Of a stretch of 43,047 nt of DNA, positions 24,809 through 34,234 are shown piece by piece. Made by a program: the position numbers and the translations under genes. Source of the DNA: Candidatus Altimarinota bacterium (lineage in GTDB: Bacteria > Patescibacteriota > Gracilibacteria > 1-14-2-50-48-13); assembly GCA_037969665.1 (NCBI GenBank), contig JBBKXV010000268.1, positions 1-43,047 of the forward strand, read 5' to 3'. Below the pieces are notes generated by a model, which worked only from the letters and a program-made list of their open reading frames with translations, was not told the DNA's origin and made no database searches. Position 1 is the stretch's first letter. Every line of letters starts with the position of its first letter.

Positions 24809-27800
24809 ATGGCAGAAACATCATCAAGCGGTCTTCGAAAGATGACTCCAACAGAAACAGCAAATAGACAAGCTGCCTTAGACAATCAAGGGAGTTCTTC
24901 TGGATTACGTCAAATGACGCCAAGTGAAACAGCTAAAATCCAAGAGGCACGTGATGCACAGTATGGTGCGGGTAATACTCCTGCTCCTGCTCTTATCCCA
25001 AACCCTCGTACGACAACAAACGCGAATGGTGTTGAGCAACAGACTCCACCTACATCACCTGCTGTAGGAGGAAATACATCAGAGTCACCTACACAGCCTG
25101 ACCAGTCTTCTACTGTTCCCACATCAGAAACCACCAAGATACCTCAGATGTTAGATACGGCCGAAAAGGCTTCTGTCATTAAGGCAATGGGTGGCTTCAC
25201 AAGTACTATGGAAGGGTTCTGGGAACAGATGCAGCGCATGTCTAAGAGTATGACTGGTATGAATACCAATCAGCTTGGTCAGGTAGGCCCTACAGATGGT
25301 CAACCTACACCTAACCCTCGTGGTCAAGAGCCTGGATACGATCAGAATGGAGCAGAAAATCCTACAACAGCGGCACTCACTCCAGAGCAAGCTGGTGGTG
25401 TCAAAATGCCTGGAGCAGAAGGTACAATGGATCTCTTCCAGAGTTCTCCAGAGTATATGAACCCTAAGCCGACTACTAATGTAGTTAAGACTCCAGACCA
25501 GATAGCTTTAGACAATGCTTCTGATGTAAATATCTCAAAGTCTCCGAATGGAGTACCTCTTTCCGTTGGTCAGTCAGCAGTACAAAATATCCTGGCTGAT
25601 CCAATGAGCGCTACAAATGTAAGTCCTGGGTTAGACCCATACACACAAATTGCTCAAGATATAGCAGCTCAGGTTATGGATGGCCTTGATGCTACTGATG
25701 AGAGTCTCACTAAGATGATTGAGATATCAAAAAAGCGTGCTGAGAGCGCCTCTGAGGCAGAGAAGTCTGAGATGGCACGTGTTACAGAGGATTATGACAT
25801 CATGGCCGAGAGATCGCGTTTAGATGCTGAGAATGCAAAAGCTTCTACAGGGTTCGAACGTGATAAGCAGGTACGACGTGGTGAAGAAAATCTTGCTGTT
25901 ATGGAAGATAAGAACTCTCGTTTATTTGGGTTTCTAAAAGCCAAGCTTGCTAAGATGGGAGCACTCGATAGTGCAGCTGGTCTCGACTCACTTGCTAAGA
26001 CTATGGCTCTTTCAAGTATGGATCTCCGTCATGCAGGTGAAGACCTTCGCGACTACAGCTCTATGATGCTTATGAAGGAAGAGGAGATTATGCTGAAGTA
26101 CGGCCAACAGGCTGTAGATATTGAGCGAGCTAAAAATAAAGATATTGATACTATCCGTAAAACAACGGAAGAAACGCTTATGAATATTGAGCAGAATATT
26201 CTTTCAACAGAAATTCAAAAAGTACAAGCTCGTACACAGGCTATCAAAGAACTTGGTACTATGGAGATGCAGGCCCGTTCTATGGCAGTCCAAGAAAACA
26301 ACTCTATGCGCTCTATGGCTCTTCAAGAGTCTGAGTTCTCATATAGCCAACTTCGAGATAAGGTTTCTGACCAACAGTGGACAAAGCAGTTTGATCAACA
26401 GATCAGTCAGTTTAACCATGAAAAGGATATGAACCTTACTTCACAGACTGGATATCTTCACTTTGGTGGAGAAGTTGCAGTTGACCCTGTGACAAAGCTT
26501 CCAATCAAGAATTTGGATATGAAGCAATATGATTCGCAGGTTGATTCTTGGCTTACACAGGCTATGGGTACATTATACAAAAATAAGGAGGACACTGGTA
26601 AGGTCACATTTGTTAGAGAGCAATTTGCGCGAGGTATTTTGGAATCTGATAGAAACTACGATAGAGGTATTGTTGAGTCCGACAGAGGGTACAACATGGA
26701 TGTCGCTACTTATGGCACTTCTACTACTGGTAATATATACAACCCTAAAACAGGCGAATATGTTGGTGGTAGAACAATGAATGGGCAGGAGTTTGACTTC
26801 TCCATGGCAAAAAACGAATTTGGATTTGCTCTTGAAAAGGTGAACGCTGGTATCAGTGATCCTAGCTCACTTAACAAGTTTAAGGACGCTTACGATATTA
26901 TGAGTGGTGGTGTGTATGTAGGTGGAGATGAGAATAACACTCTTGGTGGTAAATTCGCAAATGCATTAAAACTTGCCGCTAAAAACCTTACAAATAAAGC
27001 ATTCCAGTGTGTACAGTTTGGAAGAGGTATAGCCCCAAATCTTCCTGGTAATTTAAATAGCCTTCAGGACAAAATAGATATACTACTTACGAACAATAAA
27101 AACTCTATTCCAGCGCCAGTTCCAGGTGCAACAATAGTCATGGATACAGGTACATGGACTGGTCATATTGCTACTGTTATGGGTATAAACAAAGAAAAGA
27201 ACACCATGAGCATTATAGAACATAATGTAAAAACTGATGCAAACGGTAACGGTATTGCTAGTATGAGAGAAGTAGCATTATCAGGGAACAAGAGTATTAA
27301 AGGATACTGGTTAGATCCTACTTTTAGAGACCAAAAAACACCTCCTAAGATGGCTGCTACACCAAAAGAAACAGTTGAAGCACTAAAAAATTTACCTGCT
27401 GAGCAGCAAAAGCAGTACTACTCAGATGGATTAAACGCTGGGTCTATGGCTAATTCCTTAGCACGGTTTGAGAGTTGGCAAGGTGGTAATCCAGGACTTT
27501 GGAATAGACAAGTAGAAGGGCTTATGACAATAGCCAATTTACAAAAAGATCCAAAATATACAGATTTAATGCAGGATGTGTTTCTACCAATACAGCAAGT
27601 ACGTAAAGATTTATATGGTACTGCTCAATCTGCAGGAGAAGAAGTGATGGCAGCTCTTGCACTACCTAGTGATGACGAAACTGTTAATGATATGATTGGT
27701 AAAGTCGAGAAGATACAGCAGTATATGAGATCTAGGCAGTCTATGACTGTTGATATGGGAAGAGGTATAACACCTCCAGTTGGAGCTAACGGAATGGTAG

Positions 27801-27883
27801 AACGTAAAAATTCTGATGGAACTATAGACATGCTTGACCCAGAAACATGGCGTCAAATGCTGTACGCACGATCTGGGAGTTAG
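24809..27883 (+). CDS. Large virion-associated protein with an embedded CHAP-like peptidoglycan hydrolase domain (1024 aa)
   Basis: Catalytic-type Cys in AFQCVQFGRG (codon 27008..27010), His in TGHIATVMG (27165..27167), and a downstream EHN. Long coiled-coil middle. Confidence 0.75.
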   Translation: MAETSSSGLRKMTPTETANRQAALDNQGSSSGLRQMTPSETAKIQEARDAQYGAGNTPAPALIPNPRTTTNANGVEQQTPPTSPAVGGNTSESPTQPDQSSTVPTSETTKIPQMLDTAEKASVIKAMGGFTSTMEGFWEQMQRMSKSMTGMNTNQLGQVGPTDGQPTPNPRGQEPGYDQNGAENPTTAALTPEQAGGVKMPGAEGTMDLFQSSPEYMNPKPTTNVVKTPDQIALDNASDVNISKSPNGVPLSVGQSAVQNILADPMSATNVSPGLDPYTQIAQDIAAQVMDGLDATDESLTKMIEISKKRAESASEAEKSEMARVTEDYDIMAERSRLDAENAKASTGFERDKQVRRGEENLAVMEDKNSRLFGFLKAKLAKMGALDSAAGLDSLAKTMALSSMDLRHAGEDLRDYSSMMLMKEEEIMLKYGQQAVDIERAKNKDIDTIRKTTEETLMNIEQNILSTEIQKVQARTQAIKELGTMEMQARSMAVQENNSMRSMALQESEFSYSQLRDKVSDQQWTKQFDQQISQFNHEKDMNLTSQTGYLHFGGEVAVDPVTKLPIKNLDMKQYDSQVDSWLTQAMGTLYKNKEDTGKVTFVREQFARGILESDRNYDRGIVESDRGYNMDVATYGTSTTGNIYNPKTGEYVGGRTMNGQEFDFSMAKNEFGFALEKVNAGISDPSSLNKFKDAYDIMSGGVYVGGDENNTLGGKFANALKLAAKNLTNKAFQCVQFGRGIAPNLPGNLNSLQDKIDILLTNNKNSIPAPVPGATIVMDTGTWTGHIATVMGINKEKNTMSIIEHNVKTDANGNGIASMREVALSGNKSIKGYWLDPTFRDQKTPPKMAATPKETVEALKNLPAEQQKQYYSDGLNAGSMANSLARFESWQGGNPGLWNRQVEGLMTIANLQKDPKYTDLMQDVFLPIQQVRKDLYGTAQSAGEEVMAALALPSDDETVNDMIGKVEKIQQYMRSRQSMTVDMGRGITPPVGANGMVERKNSDGTIDMLDPETWRQMLYARSGS

Positions 27884-27909
27884 GACAATAGCCACTTATA
27901 AAAAATACT

Positions 27910-30900
27910 ATGCAACCATTTGATATCAACAGCTTGTCTGATGATGAGTACAAGAAGTTAAAACTCCAAGTTACTCCACAACCTAAAACACCATCTCAGA
28001 GTGGCCAGAGTGCATTCAAGCAATCGAGTTCTTCTCGTAACCCTGTTGATCGTTACTACGATGCAACTCTTGGTGCAGCTGGACAAGGAATACAAAGAGC
28101 AATTGGAGGAACAGTTGCTACTGCTGGTTTTGGTATTGGTCAGATAGCTCAAGGTGCTGCAAAGATGGCTGGTGGCGCTTTATCAAATATAAGTCAAGCA
28201 ACTGTAGGTGCTGCTCGTATGGGTTCTTCCCTTGTTGATTCAGTCGCTGGTAAGTCAGAGGACAACATAAAGTTCCAGCAGAACAAAATCACGGATCTCC
28301 AAACAAGGTACAACGAGTACCGCTCTAAAATCGAAACATCTGTTTCTGATCCTGCTGCCAAACAACAACAATTAGATGAGCTTGAGAGTAAGTACAACAC
28401 TCGTATGGGTGAGCAGGAACGCTCATTACAGGATTTACAAGATCCGTTTGGTGGTGTCGCTCGTGGAGCAGGAGATATGGTTATGGGAGCTGTCGCTGGA
28501 GTAGGTGATACCTTTGGTGGTGCTGGACAAGCTGCTCTTGGTGCAGGAGCAACGGCTCTTAGTACTACTGCTGGTGGATTAAGTGCTACGTACGGTTTGG
28601 GAAGTGATATAGGAAAAGCTGTATTACCTGATCAAACAGATGCATTTGAATCTGGTGCTAAAGATTTTGGTATGGGTCTTATGCAAGGTGCTGTCGGTGC
28701 TATGAAGTCTGCAGGAGAAGGAGTAACAAATGCGTACAAGGCGCTTGGGTACTCTGAAGAAGACGCTAAGCGTTTGGCGAATCAATCAGCAAGCGCTATT
28801 GATGCAATTCCGTTTGGTCTTGTTACAAAACCTGGACGGACAGCGTTAAAAGCTGGTGCTAAAGCTATTGGAGATACTGCCGCAGCGCAGGCAATCAAAC
28901 AAATGTCTAACTCTGGTATACGGAGTATTTCTGAAAGTGCTGCTGGAGTGATGGCTAAGAAAGTGGCTTCTGACTTCTCATACATCATGAGTAGTCCTAA
29001 AGGTGCCGCTGCTAGTTGGATCAACAGATTAGGCGAAGCTTCTAAAGTAAGTACTGCTAAGTTCTTTGCACGTGTTGGTGGTACAGAGATTGATGATGTT
29101 GCTCTTAATACTATGAAGGGTGGCCCAAAGAAATTTGCAGATGCATATTTTGCTGAACGAGCGGCGCACCTTACATCTCAATTCCCTGAAGCAGCAAAGA
29201 ATATTAAACTCGCTGCTAATGTCAGCTCTTTTGCCTGGAACCATGGAGTTAAGAATGTTGCTAAAGTCGCAGGAGTAGGTGCAAATTTTATGTACGGCCC
29301 AAATAAAGTTATATGGGAGCTAACAAAGAAAGGAGCAACCACAGCTATGAAGCTCGTTGGGCCTGACGGAGTAAGTGCTGTTACACGAGGAATGAAAGCT
29401 TCTGATGATCTTCTCAAAGCATACGGACAAGTACCAGTCGACCTGACTGGAGTTATGAAGCGTAATAAAGACTTTGTACAAAGTGGTGTCCTTAATGTCT
29501 CTGAAGCTGTAGAAGTGGGAAAAACAGCTGTAGAAGAAGCAATCACAAAGAGTAAGACATTTATTTCTAATGTAGTTGATACTGCAGAGGGAAAGATATC
29601 TAGTTTTCGTGCTTCTGCTGCTTCTGCTGCTGGCCATATAGCTGCTGTAGGTTCCATTTCTGACAATCTTATCAAAACAGGTAAGGGGAGCATTGGAGCA
29701 TACTACGAACATAGCCGCCGTTTCTTTGAGGGTGCTCTACAAGATATTGTCGAAGGTGGGACAAAGCTCACTGATGAACTAGGGAATATGGCAAAGCAAA
29801 TCCCTGTTGATGCCACAGTAGGAACACTACGAAAAATTCAGCAACGTCTATCTGATATTCTTAAAGGTACAGATGTAGACCCGAAGGATTTGTCTGTTAA
29901 TCGCGATCTCGTGCGTTCCCTTCATGCTAACGTAACGAAAGACCTTGAGACCACACTAGGCGGCTTAGACGACGGTTTAAAGTCCAGTCTTGATGCTTCT
30001 CGTAAGAACATGCAGACACACGTCAGTGATTTATGGGAAACCATGAAAACAAAGCTCTCTAATGGTATACCTGTTGAAAAAGTTGTTGAGGACGAGTACT
30101 TAAAATATCTTGTTGGGGCAACAAAAGACGGTATAGACGAATTAGGATCTGAAATGGTTGATGCGAGCAATGGGGCAATCCAAGATATGCTGCTTATGTG
30201 GGCAATAAAACATAAGGACAATGCTGATGTTATGAATAGTCCAATAGGTAGAGGTGTGACGAATAGCCTAGATGACGATGGAAATGCAATGCTGAAGCTT
30301 GATATGGATTACAAAGAAGACGGGATTTGGAAAAAGACCATGCTTACCTTTGATGCAATGGGTAAAAAGATAGCACTCATGTTTAACGCCACTGACTATA
30401 CAAAGTCTAAAGCTGTGCAGCTTGTTATGGCAAAAACAGAGAGGAACTTTAACGACTACGGTCTTATTACTGGAATTGATCCAGAGTCTATTAAGACGTG
30501 GGTATCAGGTGATCTACCTGAAATAGATGATACACTAGAAATGGTACGTCTGGCTACAGCGCAAATGGGAAGAACTGGAGGTGCGGGAGTACTCCCAGCG
30601 GATGTTGCATTAGGTGGTAAGTTTGTTTCATCTATGAAGACACTACAAGATATGCAAGCCGTTGCTGGAACAAAACTAGAGCAAGCACGTATAGCAGCAC
30701 AAGATCTATCTATACCAATAGATGACGTATCTATGGAGTTTATGGAGAGTTTGAAAAATGTGCTAGATGTACAAGCATTGAGTGTTGATCCAAGTGGTAA
30801 CGTCAAATTTGTTTTAAACAAAACAAGTCCTATCCTTGGGAATAGTGGAGCAAAAAGGAAACTTGAAACGCTTATGACTCAGCTAAACGCTATTGTTGAT

Positions 30901-31905
30901 ATAGATGGTGCTACTGGTGCTCAAACCATAAAGTATAAATCTATAGAAAAAGTGCGCGTTCTTATCGGTGACATGCCAGGATATGTTGGTGATACAGGAA
31001 CAAGTACACCTATGAAGGACACGTTGAACGAGATTGTGAGTGCATACGAAAAGGGTCTTATTAGGTCTCTCTATACAGAGAACCCACAACTGGGTGATTT
31101 AGAGACATTGTATGCAACAGTCATGGGGAGTAAGCGGTCGTTTGAGTCACTAGCTGGTATCACTACAAAAAACGTGGAAAGAAAATTCCTCAACTTTAAG
31201 GCTGAAGACGGTAAGAGTTTCGTGAAAGTACTTGATCCAAACACGGTAAAGAAGATGGTTGAAGGAGCACGCAAACTCGCTGGTAAGTCACCAGCTGACT
31301 GGAAACAAATGTTTGACCGTGTTGGTACTGTCGTATCAAAGGTGGAAGGTGGTTCCTCCTCTGACTATATGGAGCAAATCCATAGAATCATTGAGCGAGA
31401 GCAGCTGGTTCACAGTATCCTTGGTAATCCACAGGTTACTACTCGTGGAAACGAAGCACTCCATACAGGGTATGGTCTACAGAATATGGGGTTTGGTAGC
31501 GCGGTAGTACGTATGAGGAGTGAAGGATGGAAGAGAACAGCCTTTGGTATGTTGTCTGGTGATTTTGACCCTATGGAGCAAATGGGTCGTCTTAACCTCC
31601 TTCTCAGGGGACAAAGACAACTCGTTGAAGAAACAGGTCAAGCATATATACGTGATCCGTTGAACTATGCAATGCCAGGGATGAGAAACTTTGAAGACTC
31701 CTACAGTGCACTATACAATAGATCAATGGTAAGCCCTGAAGAGACACGTATGGGTAATGAGTATACTGAAGAGGCAGGTACTAAGGCTTTGAGATTCACA
31801 AGGCCATCACAAACAAATAACGACTCAGACGTGGACATGGCTCAGGCTCTGAAGAACATGGAGACAGGTGATCAAGGCGATGATCCAACAGAGATGCCCT
31901 TCTAG
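27910..31905 (+). CDS. Very large internal virion, ejection or tape-measure-like protein (1331 aa)
   Basis: Size. The G/A-rich N-terminal ~350 aa has GxxxG-type repeats. Lies between the CHAP protein and the lysis cassette. Confidence 0.65.
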   Translation: MQPFDINSLSDDEYKKLKLQVTPQPKTPSQSGQSAFKQSSSSRNPVDRYYDATLGAAGQGIQRAIGGTVATAGFGIGQIAQGAAKMAGGALSNISQATVGAARMGSSLVDSVAGKSEDNIKFQQNKITDLQTRYNEYRSKIETSVSDPAAKQQQLDELESKYNTRMGEQERSLQDLQDPFGGVARGAGDMVMGAVAGVGDTFGGAGQAALGAGATALSTTAGGLSATYGLGSDIGKAVLPDQTDAFESGAKDFGMGLMQGAVGAMKSAGEGVTNAYKALGYSEEDAKRLANQSASAIDAIPFGLVTKPGRTALKAGAKAIGDTAAAQAIKQMSNSGIRSISESAAGVMAKKVASDFSYIMSSPKGAAASWINRLGEASKVSTAKFFARVGGTEIDDVALNTMKGGPKKFADAYFAERAAHLTSQFPEAAKNIKLAANVSSFAWNHGVKNVAKVAGVGANFMYGPNKVIWELTKKGATTAMKLVGPDGVSAVTRGMKASDDLLKAYGQVPVDLTGVMKRNKDFVQSGVLNVSEAVEVGKTAVEEAITKSKTFISNVVDTAEGKISSFRASAASAAGHIAAVGSISDNLIKTGKGSIGAYYEHSRRFFEGALQDIVEGGTKLTDELGNMAKQIPVDATVGTLRKIQQRLSDILKGTDVDPKDLSVNRDLVRSLHANVTKDLETTLGGLDDGLKSSLDASRKNMQTHVSDLWETMKTKLSNGIPVEKVVEDEYLKYLVGATKDGIDELGSEMVDASNGAIQDMLLMWAIKHKDNADVMNSPIGRGVTNSLDDDGNAMLKLDMDYKEDGIWKKTMLTFDAMGKKIALMFNATDYTKSKAVQLVMAKTERNFNDYGLITGIDPESIKTWVSGDLPEIDDTLEMVRLATAQMGRTGGAGVLPADVALGGKFVSSMKTLQDMQAVAGTKLEQARIAAQDLSIPIDDVSMEFMESLKNVLDVQALSVDPSGNVKFVLNKTSPILGNSGAKRKLETLMTQLNAIVDIDGATGAQTIKYKSIEKVRVLIGDMPGYVGDTGTSTPMKDTLNEIVSAYEKGLIRSLYTENPQLGDLETLYATVMGSKRSFESLAGITTKNVERKFLNFKAEDGKSFVKVLDPNTVKKMVEGARKLAGKSPADWKQMFDRVGTVVSKVEGGSSSDYMEQIHRIIEREQLVHSILGNPQVTTRGNEALHTGYGLQNMGFGSAVVRMRSEGWKRTAFGMLSGDFDPMEQMGRLNLLLRGQRQLVEETGQAYIRDPLNYAMPGMRNFEDSYSALYNRSMVSPEETRMGNEYTEEAGTKALRFTRPSQTNNDSDVDMAQALKNMETGDQGDDPTEMPF

Positions 31906-31930
31906 TTTCAAAGAGTGTGTGGTATAAAGG

Positions 31931-31964
31931 AGGTGTAGTAAAAAAGCTACACTTCTTTTTTTTG
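31931..31964 (+). terminator. Rho-independent terminator between the structural genes and the endolysin
   Basis: AGGTGTAG / CTACACTT stem with loop TAAAAAAG, then a T-run (31953..31963) ending 3 nt before the ATG at 31967. Confidence 0.65.
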
Positions 31965-31966
31965 CC

Positions 31967-32734
31967 ATGATCTATATCGGAGCAGGCCACGGCGGTGGCG
32001 GGGATAGAGGTGCAGTAGCAAATGGTTCTACGGAATGGGACGTGTGTACAAAGGTAATGCAGAAGGTCTATGAGGCACATCCTGACAGAGTACGTGTGAT
32101 ACCACAGCGTTTAGAGTTGAGGAATCGAATCAACTGGTTACAAAAAAACCTTTCAGATCAAGATGTCTACATTGAGCTGCATATGAATGCTGCTTCTGCA
32201 AAGGCAACTGGTACAGAGGTGTTCTACTTAGATGGAAATATCTCTCGTAGAAACACAGCAACAGGAATGTCTAATAGATTTTCTAAGGAGATAGGTCTTG
32301 TAAATAGAGGTGCGAAACCTGATACAAAGACACGCTTTGGTCGTCTTGGAGTGATCCGTGATGTCCGATGCCAAAGCTACCTCATAGAGATGGGGTTCTT
32401 AACAAACACCATGGATAAGAAGAAAGTAGAGGATACTGGGTTGTATGCTATGGAGGCTCTTCTTGAGTTGCCAACAACAAATCCAGCTAACTTTGCTGTG
32501 AGTGGATGGGCTAAGCCAAGTTGGGATGTAGCACTTCGTAAGGGGGAAGAGAACACAGTTATTTCCACAAAGACCAATCCAAAGGAGAAGGTGTATAGTG
32601 AAACGCTTGAGTGGATGTTCTACAACATGGGTTGCATGGAGAAAAAACCGACTGGACAAGGCCTGACTATCGAACGTATCGTTACTATGTGGGATAGACT
32701 AAAGGTCTTCGACCGTATACAAGATAAACTCTAA
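31967..32734 (+). CDS. N-acetylmuramoyl-L-alanine amidase (Amidase_3-type) endolysin
   Basis: IGAGHGGGGDRGA, IELHMNA, GTEVFY and SYLIEMGFLTN match the Amidase_3 zinc and catalytic motif pattern. Confidence 0.88.
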   Translation: MIYIGAGHGGGGDRGAVANGSTEWDVCTKVMQKVYEAHPDRVRVIPQRLELRNRINWLQKNLSDQDVYIELHMNAASAKATGTEVFYLDGNISRRNTATGMSNRFSKEIGLVNRGAKPDTKTRFGRLGVIRDVRCQSYLIEMGFLTNTMDKKKVEDTGLYAMEALLELPTTNPANFAVSGWAKPSWDVALRKGEENTVISTKTNPKEKVYSETLEWMFYNMGCMEKKPTGQGLTIERIVTMWDRLKVFDRIQDKL

Positions 32735-32737
32735 AAC

Positions 32738-33022
32738 ATGGAATATGCTATAGCGATCTTAGGATCATTCTTTATACCACTTGTCATCAAGCGCGTAAAA
32801 AAGCACACAGATTTAGGTGGTGAGGAGGTGCTTGCTATGTTGATATTCTTTGCTGGCTTTGTACTTACTATCTTCACTGTAGTTGCTCCAGAAGAGCTTC
32901 GTATCCAGGTACTTGGTGTACTAGCTACAATGTGGTCAGTTACCAATGCATCATACGAGTTTTTTTGGAAGTACCGAAGCATGTTTGTTAAGGATAAGAT
33001 AGTAAAGACACTAAAAAAATAA
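32738..33022 (+). CDS. Holin-like membrane protein (94 aa, about 3 TM helices, basic C-terminus)
   Basis: Three hydrophobic segments and a KDKIVKTLKK tail, immediately after the endolysin. Confidence 0.55.
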   Translation: MEYAIAILGSFFIPLVIKRVKKHTDLGGEEVLAMLIFFAGFVLTIFTVVAPEELRIQVLGVLATMWSVTNASYEFFWKYRSMFVKDKIVKTLKK

Positions 33023-33031
33023 TATTTTCCT

Positions 33032-33071
33032 AGTACCTATAGCATAACTATGGGTACTTTATACTTTTGTT
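33032..33071 (+). terminator. Hairpin plus T-rich tract abutting the next start codon
   Basis: AGTACCTATAG (33032..33042) pairs with CTATGGGTACT (33048..33058). TTATACTTTTGTT follows, then the ATG at 33072. Confidence 0.55.
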
Positions 33072-33326
33072 ATGAGCCTAGAGCGTATAGAGATACAAAT
33101 AGGATATATGGACAAAGAAATCCATGAAACAAAAGAAATGATAAAAGCCTCTATAAAAAGACAGGAGGCTTTTGAGGACGAGATGCGTATACAGTGGAAA
33201 ACGGCCAGTAAAGAGTATATGACCAAGGAAGAGTTTAAAGAGAAGTTCAAGCAGATGGTGCAGTTATTTTGGACTGTACTCACAGCCACAATACTTAATT
33301 TTGTTAATAGTTTCCTCAATAAATAA
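33072..33326 (+). CDS. Tail-anchored coiled-coil membrane protein (84 aa)
   Basis: Charged helical N-terminus and a single C-terminal hydrophobic helix (LFWTVLTATILNFVNSFL). Lysis-cassette position. Confidence 0.5.
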   Translation: MSLERIEIQIGYMDKEIHETKEMIKASIKRQEAFEDEMRIQWKTASKEYMTKEEFKEKFKQMVQLFWTVLTATILNFVNSFLNK

Positions 33327-33751
33327 TGCGTCTAAAATCAAAAATATCCCTAGCACAGGTTCTTTCTTTTCTCATCTTACTGTTAAGTTTAGGGATACTC
33401 CTATTCCAACTTGTTCCGATGCAAGTCATACAATACGCAGATGAGTACCTGCCCATGGAAAAAAAACAGTATAGTGCTGGAGAAGTACTTGAGTACCGTG
33501 CAGAGTTTTGTAAGAGTATTGATGCTGTCGGCACAATCACGTATCAGCTCATCAATGGGAGGAGTCTACTCCTAGGGTCAGTACAGAGTAATGTTCCAAA
33601 GGGGTGTTACGACTTTACAGGTAGCACAGTAGTTCTACCAACAACAACGCATAAGGGGACGTATAGACTTCTTATCACAACGCAGTACAACGTGTTCGGT
33701 GTCAGAACAATAACTAGGTCGATTTACACTGAGCCTTTTGAAGTTCAATAG
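33326..33751 (+). CDS. Type II (N-terminally anchored) membrane or secreted protein (141 aa)
   Basis: N-terminal basic residues plus a hydrophobic helix (VLSFLILLLSLGILLF), with no lipobox Cys and a beta-rich remainder. Its ATG overlaps the previous stop. Confidence 0.55.
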   Translation: MRLKSKISLAQVLSFLILLLSLGILLFQLVPMQVIQYADEYLPMEKKQYSAGEVLEYRAEFCKSIDAVGTITYQLINGRSLLLGSVQSNVPKGCYDFTGSTVVLPTTTHKGTYRLLITTQYNVFGVRTITRSIYTEPFEVQ

Positions 33752-34220
33752 CATCGAGTCTAGCGCGAAGAGTATCTCTTTCTATAGTGAGATCTCTGAT
33801 AGTCGAGAAATTATTGTAAAGAGTCAGTTCAACAATATCGGCGTAGTGGTCACCGAGTGAACGAACGAGTTTTTCTATATACTCCTTCATAAGTATCTCG
33901 TCTAGCGCACGTATTGCCTCTTTTGCAGGTTGTACTCTTTCTTCATGAAGGAGGTTCTTTTTTATGAAATGGGCAAGATTAAGACGTTTTTGCACGAGCT
34001 TACAGTCGTCATTGGCACATACATCATGTAAGTAGTCATGAAATGCCCTAGAGAGGATTTGGTAGTTGCTTGCTAAGTCTGGGCCATTCATACTCTTGGG
34101 GACGACGTGGTGCGCCTCAAGGTTCCGTTTTTCACGTGTTATCTCACACTGGGGGATATCCATAGACTCTAGTTTCTTTGTTCTTTGTTCACGGTGCTCG
34201 CTTCCATATGGCTGGCTCAT
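33714..34220 (-). CDS. HNH endonuclease (168 aa)
   Basis: CEIT...LEAHHVVPKSMNGPDLASNYQILSRAFHDYLH fits the HNH beta-beta-alpha metal-finger pattern. Confidence 0.8.
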   Translation of the reverse strand: MSQPYGSEHREQRTKKLESMDIPQCEITREKRNLEAHHVVPKSMNGPDLASNYQILSRAFHDYLHDVCANDDCKLVQKRLNLAHFIKKNLLHEERVQPAKEAIRALDEILMKEYIEKLVRSLGDHYADIVELTLYNNFSTIRDLTIERDTLRARLDAIELQKAQCKST

Positions 34221-34234
34221 AGTGTTCGAGGTTA

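Noticed and set aside
31820-31840. DxDxD (DSDVD) motif in the 1331-aa protein as a hidden RNA polymerase active site
   Set aside because: It lies in the acidic, disordered extreme C-terminus with no surrounding conserved context.
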